64,000 nucleotides of DNA from Candidatus Latescibacterota bacterium (GTDB lineage Bacteria; Latescibacterota; UBA2968; UBA8231): contig OZ242005.1 in the NCBI GenBank assembly GCA_965204725.1, forward strand, positions 5,317,244 through 5,381,243, written 5' to 3'. The position numbers and the translations under genes are program-made. A model generated the notes under the pieces. It was not told the origin of the DNA and searched no databases. It worked only from the letters and a program-made list of their open reading frames with translations. This document shows, piece by piece, positions 19,463 to 29,934 of the stretch; within the stretch, counting starts at the first letter, position 1; each line of letters opens with the position of its first letter.

Positions 19463-22400
19463 CTAGTAGGCCACGGCGATAACCCGCGCTTGCGTCGTTG
19501 GGACCCCGGTGGCGTCGGCGTCGAGCCGGACTTGGCACAGATACAGCCCGGGCGGCACCCGGCGGCCCCGGTCATCGACGCCATCCCAACGCACCGCGGT
19601 GCGGCCGCTCAACACCATCTCCTCGCGCTGCCAAATCCGCCGCCCATTGAGCGCGTAAATCCGCACTTGGAGGCGGCGACTCGACGTCAGCTTGAAGATC
19701 TCTAGCGAGATTTCAGCCGCGTCGTTGATCCCATCGCCGTTGGGGGTAAAGGGGTTGGGACCGACGGCGAGGCCATGGACCAGCCCGTCGTCGATGGGGA
19801 CGTTGATCGAGAGCGTGTTGCTGGCGACGCCTTCGTCGGCGTTACCCGCTTCAACCGCCTGCCACGCCACCTCGGCGTTGGCGGTTGCCGCGTGGCGCAC
19901 GAACAGGCGCAAAGTAGTGCCGTTGAGAAAGACCGGGGCCGAAAGGCGCATGCGAAAGCGCGGACCCGGCCCGGCGACGAGGCCGCGCTTCGTCGCGGAG
20001 AGGCGGTTGTACGCGACCAAGTCGAGCGAGTCGCCGAGCGCATTAAAGGGGAACTGGGCGCCGTCGCCGCGCAGAATGCGGAAGTAGCGGATCGGGCCTT
20101 GCTCCGCGCTGGGCAGGTCTTGGTAGCTCGTTTGGTCAATTTCGCTGAGCCGGTCGCCGGTGCGGCGAAAGTAGCGGATGGTGCCGCGCTCGTCTTCGTC
20201 GAGGGTGCCATAGGCCGCGGCCGTAAGCGGCAAGCCGCCTTGCGTAACGGGCACCTCTTCGCCTTCGAGGGCAATGCGATGGTACGTGCGGCCGGCGGCC
20301 GGCAGGATGTTGAGCGCGTCGTCTAGGCGCACCCAGATCGAGTCGCCGCCATTGGCCAACAGCGCGATTTGCGCTTGATCGCTGGCCGCGAGCACGCCGC
20401 CCTCGGCGGGGCGAAAGACTTGTTCGCCGTCTGGGCCGCTGAGGCCAAACTCCACGAGTTCGAGCTGGTCCGAGGCCGGCATGGTCAGCAGGATTTCGTT
20501 GAAGCCCGTGCTGCGCGAGGCGGCGGGCGACTCAATGAAGTAGGGCTGGGCAAACACGTCAAAGGTCTCCCGCACCCCGGAGGCCGCCACCGAGGCCGGC
20601 CACAACTCGGCCGCGATGCGCTCGGCCACGGGATGGAGCAGCTCGACGGAGAGCGAGCGGATCGATGCGGCCGCCTCGCGGTCGGTGGTGATCATCTCAA
20701 CTTGGAACTGCATGTACTTGCGTAGGCCGGGGGAGGTGACCATGTCGCCGGGCTGCTGATAGGCGCGGCTCCAAGGGCTCCAGCCGCTGGTGGGTACGAA
20801 GGAGGTGTCGGCTGGCCCCTTGAAGCTGCCCAAGAGGTTTTTCCAAGCGTCATAGGCGATTTCGTTGCCCGTTTTGTCGTAGTAGCGCACGACCTTGCCC
20901 AGCAAGTCGCCGGTGCGGGTGCGGACGGCGACGGTCGTGCCCGGGGGCGTCTCGGCCTCCCAAGCGATGGCCCCAAAGTTGCGCACCCCCGGCAGCGCGA
21001 TCAGATCGGAAGTCAGTTCGACTTGCGCTGGGTAGCCGGTGGAAAAAAGCTGGTACTCGGCAATGGTCGGCCCCGTGTTGTAGCCACCCCGGCGGCGCGG
21101 ATCCGCCGAGAGGATGCTCACCTCGAGGAAGCGGAGCTTGGGGCTGGGGGTATAGGTATCGACGATGTGCTCAAAGCGGTCGGTGCTATTGTCCTCGCGG
21201 GCGCGGGGGCTGAGACGCGCCCACTTAATTTTGCCGCGCGTGTCGCGCGAGCCGTCGGAGCCGCGGATTAAGTAGCCGTCGATAAAAGGCTGGGGCCGGG
21301 CCGAGGAAATCCGCATGGCGTCGAGCCAAAACGACGCGCCCATGTCCACGGTGAGCACGCCGCGGTCGATGGTCGGCGACCAAACGAGGTGTAGGAAGCT
21401 GGTGTTGAAATCCGCGTCAAACGCCGGCCCCGGCAGAAAGCCATCGCCGGTCAGGTCGAGATGGCCGCCGCCGGCCACTAAGCCGCTGCTGATGTTGTCG
21501 CCAAACCCGTACACCTCAATTCCGGCTAGGCGCGGCCGCTCGCGCCGGTAGTAATCGAGGCGGCCTTGGCGCTGGGCATCGAGGCTTTCATAGACCGCAC
21601 GCTCGACCGGCTCTTCAAAGCCTTGTTCGTCGCGGATGAAATAGACGATCGCGCCGCGCTCGTCGGCTGGCAGGGCCTGCCATCCCGCTTCGCCGATGAG
21701 CTCGCCGCGCTCGCCGCGCGTATCGCTGACCACGATGCGGATGGTCTGGACCATTTTGCCCCGCCAATCGGCGTCGGCGTCGAGCTGTTCGAGGCCAATG
21801 CGGAAGGTGCGTTGGTCGCGATTGGGGGCCTTGGTGTTGGCGACTCGTTCAAAGGTGATTTTGTCGGCGTTTTCCCACACCGGCTCTTGGTCGGGCGCGG
21901 CGAGGACGCGGAACTGGAAGAAGGGGTCGCCCAACTCCTCTGCGACGAAGTGAATGACGAGGGAATCGACCGCCACGACGCGGCCCAAGTCCATTTCGAT
22001 CCACCAGTCGTCCAACGACGCCTGCGGGTCGGGCTCCCAGAAAGTGGTCGGGTCGTCATCGAGGATGTGGGCAGCCGCGGCCGCGTTTGAGCCAACGCGG
22101 CTGATGCCCGGGCGAAAGAAATAGGAGTAGATGGGGTTGCCCTTGCGGTCGAGGATGACTTCGCCTTTTACGTCGCGGGTCTGGGTGCTGTCGATGTTGA
22201 GGATGGCGGTCTGATTGCGGCGGCGACGCAGCTCGGGGATGGGGCGCGTGAAGGTCGCTAGATCGTCGAGCAGGTTGAAGTGGGCGCGAAAAAAGTGCGG
22301 CTCAACCACACCATCCGGCGACACCTTCACGGCATGGGTCGGCAACTGCCAATTCTGCCAGTGCGCGGCCCGGTTGACTTGGACGGAGCGGCTGGTGACG

Positions 22401-22471
22401 CGGTGGCCCTTTTGGGCGTGGACTGCGACCAGCGGCGTTGAGCAAAGGACGAGAAACGCTAGGAGCCTCAT
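19463..22471 (-). CDS. Secreted protein with discoidin-like regions and C-terminal FlgD-Ig domain
   Basis: Signal peptide MRLLAFLVL; DDDPTTFW, WIEMDLG; AVRTRTG, WSPWS, SPGLRKYMQ; PNPFTPNGDGIND; ends VAY. Confidence 0.78.
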   Translation of the reverse strand: MRLLAFLVLCSTPLVAVHAQKGHRVTSRSVQVNRAAHWQNWQLPTHAVKVSPDGVVEPHFFRAHFNLLDDLATFTRPIPELRRRRNQTAILNIDSTQTRDVKGEVILDRKGNPIYSYFFRPGISRVGSNAAAAAHILDDDPTTFWEPDPQASLDDWWIEMDLGRVVAVDSLVIHFVAEELGDPFFQFRVLAAPDQEPVWENADKITFERVANTKAPNRDQRTFRIGLEQLDADADWRGKMVQTIRIVVSDTRGERGELIGEAGWQALPADERGAIVYFIRDEQGFEEPVERAVYESLDAQRQGRLDYYRRERPRLAGIEVYGFGDNISSGLVAGGGHLDLTGDGFLPGPAFDADFNTSFLHLVWSPTIDRGVLTVDMGASFWLDAMRISSARPQPFIDGYLIRGSDGSRDTRGKIKWARLSPRAREDNSTDRFEHIVDTYTPSPKLRFLEVSILSADPRRRGGYNTGPTIAEYQLFSTGYPAQVELTSDLIALPGVRNFGAIAWEAETPPGTTVAVRTRTGDLLGKVVRYYDKTGNEIAYDAWKNLLGSFKGPADTSFVPTSGWSPWSRAYQQPGDMVTSPGLRKYMQFQVEMITTDREAAASIRSLSVELLHPVAERIAAELWPASVAASGVRETFDVFAQPYFIESPAASRSTGFNEILLTMPASDQLELVEFGLSGPDGEQVFRPAEGGVLAASDQAQIALLANGGDSIWVRLDDALNILPAAGRTYHRIALEGEEVPVTQGGLPLTAAAYGTLDEDERGTIRYFRRTGDRLSEIDQTSYQDLPSAEQGPIRYFRILRGDGAQFPFNALGDSLDLVAYNRLSATKRGLVAGPGPRFRMRLSAPVFLNGTTLRLFVRHAATANAEVAWQAVEAGNADEGVASNTLSINVPIDDGLVHGLAVGPNPFTPNGDGINDAAEISLEIFKLTSSRRLQVRIYALNGRRIWQREEMVLSGRTAVRWDGVDDRGRRVPPGLYLCQVRLDADATGVPTTQARVIAVAY

Positions 22472-24759
22472 GGTGCCCTCCTGAGAATCCGGTAGGTCGC
22501 CTCGCCTTGGGCGATGCGGATGCGGCAATCGACGGGCAGGTCAAAAAAGCGCTGGGGGGGCTGACCGGGCCAGAGCACGTGCAGGCTATCGACGCGGGTC
22601 GCCGCCCCCAGCCCGAGGTGCAAAAGCGGCTCGTTGCTGCTGCCGAAGCCAAAGCCGCTCTGGCGCTGGGCGCGGATGGCGCGGCCGGAGGCAAAGGCGG
22701 CGACGTGCGCGCCGAGCGCACTGCGATTGGCCTCGGTACCCACCAGCTCAATGGATAGATAGTGCTGCGCCGGGCCGTCGTTGCGATAGAGCGCGTTGTC
22801 CCAAGTGTCGGCGTCGTAGTGCCCGCCCAAGCCAGCGTACAGGTCCAAGTCGCCGTCTTGATCGAAGTCGGCGAAGGTGGCCCCGTGGCCCTTGCCGAGG
22901 CTGCCGGTGCCGGCCGGGACCGTAATATCGGCAAAGGTGCCGTCGCCCAAGTTGCGGAAGAGCGCGTTGGGTTCGAGGCGGGCCATTTGCGGGCCGCCGT
23001 TGGCGAGGTAAATATCGACGAAGCCGTCGTTGTCTATATCGCCCACGCCCGCGCCCATACTGCCGAAAGAGCGCTTGAGGCCGGCCGCGACCGCGATGTC
23101 GGCAAAGGTGCCGTCACCCAAGTTGCGATAGAGAAAGGGCCGGTTCGGCTCAATGGCCTCACCGGTGACCATGCTGTTGAGGACATCGGGAAAGGCGCTC
23201 ATAGTGGAAGCAAATAGGTCGAGATGCCCATCGTTGTCAAGGTCGAAAAAGAACGCCACATACCCGCCTTCCACCGGAAAGAGCACGCCGGCGCGCTCGG
23301 CCACATCGGCCCAAGTGTCGTCGCCGAGGTTGCGATAGAGGCGGTTGAACTGGCCGATGTTGACCGCGTACAAGTCGGTCCAGCCATCGCCGTCAAAGTC
23401 GCCCGCGGTCGTGCCAATGGTCTGGCCCGAGTCGGCGACCGCGGCCGCCGCGGCCACGTTGAGGAACGCGCCGTTTTTCTGGTTGTGCAGGAGGGCGTTT
23501 GGCTCGCCCGAACCCGTGACGCCGTTGGCCACGTACAAATCGAGGTAGCCATCGCGGTCGAAATCGAGCCACGCGACCGTAAAGCTATCGCTGGAGTCGG
23601 CCAGGCCCGCGGCGCGACCCACGTCGAGGAATGCGCCCGCGTCGTTTCTGTACAATGAGTTGGGGGCGCGGCCCTCCCAAGCGTCGCGGCTGACGAAGAG
23701 GTCGTCGTCCCCGTCGTTGTCAAAGTCCGCGGCCGCCGCGGCCCAACCGCCACGCGCATCGGCCAGCCCGGCCGCTTGGGCGACCGCGCGAAACTGGCCG
23801 CGGTCGTTGCGGTACAGCGCGTGCTCGGCTTGGATGCCAACGCTGAAGAGATCGAAGTCGCCATCGCCGTCAAAGTCGAGCCACGCGCTGCCACGGCCGC
23901 GATCGTTCTTGGCCACGCCGACGCGGGCGGCCACATCGACAAAGCGCACGTCGGTCGCTACGGGCCTAGAGGGGTGCTGGGGAAAGCGATAGCGCGGCTC
24001 CAGCGCGGGTGCCGCGTCGCCCTGTCGCTCGTGGGTCAGCTTGAGCAGCCACAGGGCCTCTAGCCGGTCGAGCGACTCCAACAAATCAACCGCTCTTTCG
24101 AGCCAAGGCCGGGCGCGGCCGTCGCCCGCCCAGAAGGCCGCTGTGCCCGCCAAGAGATAGGCGCGGCCATCGTCTGGATAGGCATTCAGCAACGAGCGGC
24201 TGCGCTCCAAGGCTGCGGGAAAGCGGCCGAGGCGCAGCGTGGCTTGGAGCAAGAGGTAATGCGCGTCGCGGCGCTGAGGTTGGGCCGCCAGCGCTTGGCT
24301 GCACAGGGCCGTGGCACGTTCGAGGTTCATGGTCGCGGCGGCCTGCAAGTACAGCTCGGCCAGCAGCAGGCGGCCGTCGAGCGAGTGGGGATATTGGTCG
24401 AGGATTTCATTGACGGCGAGTTCGGCTTCGCGGGCAAAACCGCCAAACGCGAGGAGACGCGCTTCGAGGAGGCGGGCTTCGGGGCGCTGGCGCGCCGGCA
24501 CCGGCAGATCGTCGAGCAGGCGGCCCGCCCGCTGCCACCGGCCTTGGCGGAGCAGGGCTTCGCCGCGGCGGATTTGGGCAATCGAGCTGTCGGGTGCCAA
24601 GCGGACGACGCGCTTGAAGCGATCGGCCGCCTCGGAGAACCGCCCTTGGTGCAGCAGGCTCAGGGCCTCGGCATAGACGCGGTCGCTTTCGGCCTCGGGC
24701 GGGGCTTGGCAGCCGATGCAAAGGCCGGCCAAAAACAGGGCGCGGAAGCGACCCATCAC
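22468..24759 (-). CDS. TPR + FG-GAP repeat + ASPIC/UnbV (CRTAC1-like) lipoprotein
   Basis: Lipobox CIGC; repeated DFDxDGxxDL..N.LYRN; NRSALGA...GFGS...LHLGLG ASPIC motif. Confidence 0.9.
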   Translation of the reverse strand: MMGRFRALFLAGLCIGCQAPPEAESDRVYAEALSLLHQGRFSEAADRFKRVVRLAPDSSIAQIRRGEALLRQGRWQRAGRLLDDLPVPARQRPEARLLEARLLAFGGFAREAELAVNEILDQYPHSLDGRLLLAELYLQAAATMNLERATALCSQALAAQPQRRDAHYLLLQATLRLGRFPAALERSRSLLNAYPDDGRAYLLAGTAAFWAGDGRARPWLERAVDLLESLDRLEALWLLKLTHERQGDAAPALEPRYRFPQHPSRPVATDVRFVDVAARVGVAKNDRGRGSAWLDFDGDGDFDLFSVGIQAEHALYRNDRGQFRAVAQAAGLADARGGWAAAAADFDNDGDDDLFVSRDAWEGRAPNSLYRNDAGAFLDVGRAAGLADSSDSFTVAWLDFDRDGYLDLYVANGVTGSGEPNALLHNQKNGAFLNVAAAAAVADSGQTIGTTAGDFDGDGWTDLYAVNIGQFNRLYRNLGDDTWADVAERAGVLFPVEGGYVAFFFDLDNDGHLDLFASTMSAFPDVLNSMVTGEAIEPNRPFLYRNLGDGTFADIAVAAGLKRSFGSMGAGVGDIDNDGFVDIYLANGGPQMARLEPNALFRNLGDGTFADITVPAGTGSLGKGHGATFADFDQDGDLDLYAGLGGHYDADTWDNALYRNDGPAQHYLSIELVGTEANRSALGAHVAAFASGRAIRAQRQSGFGFGSSNEPLLHLGLGAATRVDSLHVLWPGQPPQRFFDLPVDCRIRIAQGEATYRILRRAP

Positions 24760-26204
24760 GGCCCTTGGTCCAGTTCGCCCAGCTTGGCCCGGGCGCGTTG
24801 GTGATCCGGGGCGAGGGCGAGCACCTTTTGCAAGGCTTGCCGCGCTTGGTCCCGCTGCCCTTGCTGCACGAGGATCAGCGCCAACCCGTAGTGCGATTCC
24901 GCGTGGTCTGGATCGAGGGCAATGCTGCGGGCGAAATGGGCGCGGGCATCGCGGTAGCTCGCTTGGCGGATGTAAGCCAGCCCGAGGACATAGTGGGCGT
25001 CGCGGTGGTCGGGATCACGGGCGAGGGCTTGGCGCAACGCGGCGACAGCCCCGGCAAAATCGCCGCGTTTGAAACGCGTTCGGCCCAAGCCATAGGCCGC
25101 GGCAAAGGAGTGGGGATCCAGTGCCAAGGCGCGGCCAAAGTGCGCGGTGGCTTCCTCGAGTACACCCTCGTGCAAGTACAGGTCGCCCAACATGAGGCTG
25201 GCGTCGCGGTGGTTGGGATCGCGGGCGAGGACTTGCTCCAGCGCGGCGCGGGCGTCGGCAAAGCGCTTTTGCTGCGCGTACACAGTGGCGAGGCGCAGGC
25301 GAATATCGACCGAGGTCAAGTCGTTGGCGAGGGCGCGCTTTAGGGAGTCAATCGCCTTATCCCACGCGCCTTGGCGGATGTAAATGTTGCCTTGATTGAG
25401 GTGGCGCTCGGCCGCGCTCAATCGCTGGAAGCGGCCCTGCGCGGTGCGGGCGTCGTCCGGCCGGGCACACTCGGCGTAGGCTTGGGCGAGTAAGTAGTGG
25501 GGCGCGGGATTGTGGGGGGCCGCGGCCGCGACGCGCTTGAGCACGGGAATGGCCGCGGCGGGTTCCCCGAGGCGGATGAGCAGGTCGCCCAAGCCGAGGC
25601 CGCCTTGGACGTGGTCGGGATCGCGGGCGAGCAGCGCGACAAAACCTGTGCGCGCTTGGGACAACTGCTGGTCGCGCCGGAGGAGGTCGCTGTGGTAGTA
25701 GCGGGCCGCGAGGTGGTCCGGGGCGAGTTCAATGGTGCGTTTGAAGGCCGCCAGTGCCCCCGCAAAATCGCCGGTGGCGCGCCGCACCTCGCCCAGATAG
25801 AAGTGGTATTTGGGATGCTCGGGCGCGAGGGCGACGGCCTGCTCTAGATGGGTCGCCGCCTCTAGATAGCGGTGCTGGTCGCGCAGCACGGCGGCGAGGG
25901 CAAAGCGAGCGCGGGGCTGGCCGGGCTTCAGGGCCAAGGCGCGTTTGAAGGCCGCAATGGCCAGCGACGGTTGATCGAGTTGGGCATGGGCTAGGCCCTT
26001 TTGAAAATGGGCGGTGCTCGACGCGGAATCGAGCGCCACGGCCTGCGCGAGCACCTCTAGGGCGCGGGCGGGCCGATCCTGTTGCAAGAAGAGCGTCCCG
26101 CGCTGGAGCAAGCGGCGGGCTTCTTCCGGGCGCGGCGCGTCCTGCGGGCTGGGCTGGTCGGCGCAGGCGAGCGCGGCCAAAATCAGCAACAGGCATGCGG
26201 TCAT
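24756..26204 (-). CDS. Tetratricopeptide-repeat lipoprotein
   Basis: Lipobox LALAC; TPR units along the whole length. Confidence 0.88.
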   Translation of the reverse strand: MTACLLLILAALACADQPSPQDAPRPEEARRLLQRGTLFLQQDRPARALEVLAQAVALDSASSTAHFQKGLAHAQLDQPSLAIAAFKRALALKPGQPRARFALAAVLRDQHRYLEAATHLEQAVALAPEHPKYHFYLGEVRRATGDFAGALAAFKRTIELAPDHLAARYYHSDLLRRDQQLSQARTGFVALLARDPDHVQGGLGLGDLLIRLGEPAAAIPVLKRVAAAAPHNPAPHYLLAQAYAECARPDDARTAQGRFQRLSAAERHLNQGNIYIRQGAWDKAIDSLKRALANDLTSVDIRLRLATVYAQQKRFADARAALEQVLARDPNHRDASLMLGDLYLHEGVLEEATAHFGRALALDPHSFAAAYGLGRTRFKRGDFAGAVAALRQALARDPDHRDAHYVLGLAYIRQASYRDARAHFARSIALDPDHAESHYGLALILVQQGQRDQARQALQKVLALAPDHQRARAKLGELDQGP

Positions 26205-27832
26205 TGGACCAGTGAGTCCGGTAGAGCGGCCTCAAGCGCTCGCTCGTCAATGTCAACCCGGCTCTGATAGCGCTGGCGCAGGTCTTTGACGAAAGCGGTG
26301 AAGGCCGCATTTTCCCGCTCGCGGCGCAACAGCGCGTGGGCGCGGCGCTGGACCTGCTCGTACGGCTCGACCCGGCCGGGATTGCGCCCTTGGACGCGGA
26401 AAACGGAGTACCCGTCGCGGACCCGAATGGGGCCAACGAGCTGGCCCGGTTCGGCCGCATAGATCGCCGGGACTAGGCGCGGATAGAGCTTCTCGTCGCG
26501 TGGATGGAAGTGGAAGCGCGCTTGCGACTGGGCGGCTTGGGCGCGTACGCTGCGGTCGGCGAGCTCGGCAAAACTCGCGCCGGCCGCGAGTTGGTCGGCC
26601 AGCCGCTGGGCCTCGGCCGGGCTGGACGCGAGCAACTCTTCAACTTCGACGGACTCTTCGTGATAAAACATGTCGGGATGACTGTCGTAGTATTCCCACA
26701 CCTCGGCGTCGGAGAGCATTTCGACGGCCGCGAAGCGGTTGCGCACGGCGTTGAGCAGCGCGTTTTGCTGGGCCCTCGTGGCCAGCCGCTGGACGTCCGG
26801 GTCGTCGTACAGGCCCTGTTCGCGAGCCGCACGTCTTTGCAGGAGGGGCCGCAGCACCAGCCGGTCTAGCGCGGTGCGCGCCCGCGCACTGTCTTTGAGG
26901 CTGCGCTGGGCATTGAGCCGCCTCAGAGCCTTATACGCCGCGGCGACCGTGGCTTGCCCCTCAGCAAAGGTGTATAGCGGCGCGGCGCACGTATCGAGCA
27001 GGCTGGTGTCCTCGCGCTGGGCCGCGCCGAGCATGAGCTGGAGCCCGTCGCGGTCGAGGGCTGCACCGGCCGCGGCGCGGAGCGACTCAAAGTGCTCGGC
27101 CTCCACTTGGGCCAAGCGTTCGCCGAATAGCTGTTCCTCGATGAGGGGCCGGTAGCGCTCGTAGGGCGCGTCGCGGTCTTCGCTGAAGCGGACGATGTGC
27201 CAACTGCGGCCGGCCCGCAGGGGAGCGGATACTTCCCCCACGGGCAGCGTCTTAAAGACCTCGGCTGGGATGTGCAGACTCGGCGCAGCCTCGCGGTCAA
27301 TAAAGCCCAACTCGCCGCCCCGTTCGGCCGAGCGCTGGTCGAGCGAGTGGACGCGGGCCACCTCGGCAAAGGGCTGGCCCGCATTGAGGGCAGCCACGGC
27401 CGCGTCGATTTCGGGGCGCGTGTGGACCAAGATCGCACTGAGCTTGCGCTCGCGGTCGTAGCCCTCCTCGGCAAAGACTCGCCGCACCTCTTCTTCGGGC
27501 ACTTGCACTTGCGCGGTTATGTGGCGCGCCCGATAGAGGGCGATGACCCGCGCATCCACGGCTTCATCTACGGTGCGTTTTACCGCTTGTACGGTATCCA
27601 GCCCGTGGGCGACGGCCTCTTTGAGGATGAGTTGGCGGTCGATGAGCGATTGCACGTATTGACGCCGGGCCGCGTCGCCGCCTTCGGGGTGGCGCAAGCC
27701 CGGGGGCAGCTTTTCGACAAAGGCCCGCAGGTTCTCCGCCGAGATGGGCACTTCGTCAATTTTGGCCACCGGCCGCTCGTCTTGTTGGGCACATCCCCAT
27801 AAAACCAACACCAGCAAAATTCCCATGTACAT
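26201..27832 (-). CDS. PpiC/SurA-type peptidyl-prolyl isomerase lipoprotein (two rotamase-like domains)
   Basis: Lipobox LWGC; FAEVARVHSLD..SAERGGELG..GEVSAP; second GASFAELA...GQLVGPI. Confidence 0.85.
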   Translation of the reverse strand: MYMGILLVLVLWGCAQQDERPVAKIDEVPISAENLRAFVEKLPPGLRHPEGGDAARRQYVQSLIDRQLILKEAVAHGLDTVQAVKRTVDEAVDARVIALYRARHITAQVQVPEEEVRRVFAEEGYDRERKLSAILVHTRPEIDAAVAALNAGQPFAEVARVHSLDQRSAERGGELGFIDREAAPSLHIPAEVFKTLPVGEVSAPLRAGRSWHIVRFSEDRDAPYERYRPLIEEQLFGERLAQVEAEHFESLRAAAGAALDRDGLQLMLGAAQREDTSLLDTCAAPLYTFAEGQATVAAAYKALRRLNAQRSLKDSARARTALDRLVLRPLLQRRAAREQGLYDDPDVQRLATRAQQNALLNAVRNRFAAVEMLSDAEVWEYYDSHPDMFYHEESVEVEELLASSPAEAQRLADQLAAGASFAELADRSVRAQAAQSQARFHFHPRDEKLYPRLVPAIYAAEPGQLVGPIRVRDGYSVFRVQGRNPGRVEPYEQVQRRAHALLRRERENAAFTAFVKDLRQRYQSRVDIDERALEAALPDSLVQ

Positions 27833-27905
27833 CGTATGTATCTCTCCTAGTTTATTTAGCTACCAGCAGAATCTGGTGGTCGTCCTTTGCGTCTAAACGA
27901 TCTCG

Positions 27906-27934
27906 CTGGATTCCCGCGTTCGCGGGAATGACGG
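27906..27934. repeat. REP-like palindrome (ATTCCC...GGGAATGAC type)
   Basis: ctggattcccgcgttcgcgggaatgacgg, intergenic hairpin. Confidence 0.7.
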
Positions 27935-27972
27935 ATCCTGTCTCTACGGCGTGTTCAACATTCATACAGCCT

Positions 27973-29919
27973 CTAATACACCGGCGTCCGGTTTCCCACC
28001 AGCCCGGTGAACCCATCTACCACCAGCCACAGACCGGCGGCGACGAACTGGCCGAGCACGACCCCGATAAAAAAGGGACGGGTGAGGAGGTAGGTGCGGG
28101 GGCCGCCGTATTTGAGGACGGTGAGCTTGATGAGCCAAGCGAGAAATATCGAAAACCATATACTGTTCATTACCCAGCCGGTGCTCACGGCAAAGCCGAG
28201 CGGATGGAAGGGCCACCACACCAAGAAGTGGCGAGCGGTCATTAAGCCGCCCATGATCAGGGCACCGAAACTCGTCCACAGCCACCCGGCGAGGCTCGGC
28301 CCCGTGGGGTTGGCGAGCTTTTTCGCCGCAAAGTCCGAGGGGTATGCGGCAAAGCCCGTGAAGTATTGAGGATGCAGGTTGAGCGCGCCATCGCGGTACG
28401 CGAGGTAGAGCATGAACCAGCAGGAGACCACGAGGCTGATGAGCATGGCCGCGACCAGCGCCCAAAAGAGCGGGCGGCGGGTGCCGTTGATCGCGCTGCC
28501 CAAGCGCAGGCTGTTGGCGAGGGGCGCGGTCATAAAGACCAATAGATCGCCCGCCCAGACGAAGGAGTAGCCCGTAGCGACCATGCCCGGCGGCCCGAGA
28601 GCCGGGACTCCAACGCCGGAGACGACAAAGCCGGCCGGGACCATTTCCGGGGTCACCGTGGGCATGCCCGCCTCGGCGATGATGCGCGCGAGGCCGATGA
28701 ATATGACCAGCGACGAGAACAGGAAAAAGGGCACGATCCACGCCGGGATCCCGCTCTTCCACAGCCAGCAGCCCATCGCGCCCACGCCGACGACGAAGAG
28801 CCAAAACGCGGCCCGATAGGAGAGAATCTCCTGCGAGTCGTCAATCCGGTCGTCGCCCCACAGGGCCTTGCGTAGAACGTTTTTGAGGTGGGGCCGCGCC
28901 GTCCACAGCCCGTAGAACACCAAGACGATGAGCGCGCCCATCATCTGATGCCCCATGATCGCGCCCACCGGCCCAGACCCGGTCCAAGGCCCCAACTCCT
29001 CGGGGCTGAAAATGCCGATGTAGCTAAAGAGGCTTTCTTGTATCACATGCAGTAGGTAGAAAAACCACAGGCTGAAGGCGATATTGGAGTTGATGAAGTA
29101 CGCGAAGCCAAACATCAAAAAGTTGATGCGGATGTTGAGCGAGCCCGTGCGGTTAAAAAGCTCGACGCTGGTCTGGAGGGCGACGGAGGGGACGAAGTTG
29201 AAGTAGTGGTGCAGGGCGTTGGTGCTGTTGAGCAAGAAGGGCAGCAGCAAGCCGCACCACATGATGGGGTTGCGGAAAAAGGGCTTGAGGGTTTTTTGCT
29301 CGCCGTCGTCTTGGATCATGGCGAGGGGGACTTGGGCCAGCGGAAAAACGAGCCGCTCGTTGTCAACCCACTGGCGGCGCAAGATGGATATGGCCGCGAT
29401 AATGGTCGCGTAAAACGCCGCATAAAAGACCAGCCAGTGCCCGAGGGGCTTGAGCCAGACGCTATAGGGGATGGCCGAGCCTTTGGTCCCCTCGTAAAAC
29501 GCCTTTACCGCGACCGGATCGTACACGACCATCCAATCCGCGAGGAACGGATGGACTAAGGAGGCCCATTGGTTTTCGGAAGTGGCGTAGTAGAAGGTGC
29601 CGGTGATCATGGGCAGCAGCATCCCCACCACACCGCGTGTGGGGATGGCCGTGGCGACCGCCATCATGGCGAAGATGACGACCAACTCACCGCGCCGAAA
29701 ACCGTAGCGGCCCAAGGCGATTTGGACCGTCAGCAGCAGGACGAACAGCAGGAAGAAGGCGGCCGGCGTGGCCGAACTCAGCCCGAGGCGCGAGCCTTGG
29801 ACGACCATGCTGCCGTAGGGAATGCCGATGGCAATGAGCAAGCTCAGCGCGGCACCGACGAGGATGCTCCGGCCCGTAATGGCGGCCGGCGCATTGTCAG
29901 GGGAGTCGATTTCAGCCAT
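27973..29919 (-). CDS. Multi-pass membrane protein, DUF6785/DUF6784-like putative transporter
   Basis: Many TM helices; RRQWVDNERLVFPLAQVP, WWPFHPLGF, KLTVLKYGG...PFFIG motifs. Confidence 0.72.
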   Translation of the reverse strand: MAEIDSPDNAPAAITGRSILVGAALSLLIAIGIPYGSMVVQGSRLGLSSATPAAFFLLFVLLLTVQIALGRYGFRRGELVVIFAMMAVATAIPTRGVVGMLLPMITGTFYYATSENQWASLVHPFLADWMVVYDPVAVKAFYEGTKGSAIPYSVWLKPLGHWLVFYAAFYATIIAAISILRRQWVDNERLVFPLAQVPLAMIQDDGEQKTLKPFFRNPIMWCGLLLPFLLNSTNALHHYFNFVPSVALQTSVELFNRTGSLNIRINFLMFGFAYFINSNIAFSLWFFYLLHVIQESLFSYIGIFSPEELGPWTGSGPVGAIMGHQMMGALIVLVFYGLWTARPHLKNVLRKALWGDDRIDDSQEILSYRAAFWLFVVGVGAMGCWLWKSGIPAWIVPFFLFSSLVIFIGLARIIAEAGMPTVTPEMVPAGFVVSGVGVPALGPPGMVATGYSFVWAGDLLVFMTAPLANSLRLGSAINGTRRPLFWALVAAMLISLVVSCWFMLYLAYRDGALNLHPQYFTGFAAYPSDFAAKKLANPTGPSLAGWLWTSFGALIMGGLMTARHFLVWWPFHPLGFAVSTGWVMNSIWFSIFLAWLIKLTVLKYGGPRTYLLTRPFFIGVVLGQFVAAGLWLVVDGFTGLVGNRTPVY

Positions 29920-29934
29920 GTTTTTTGACGATTG

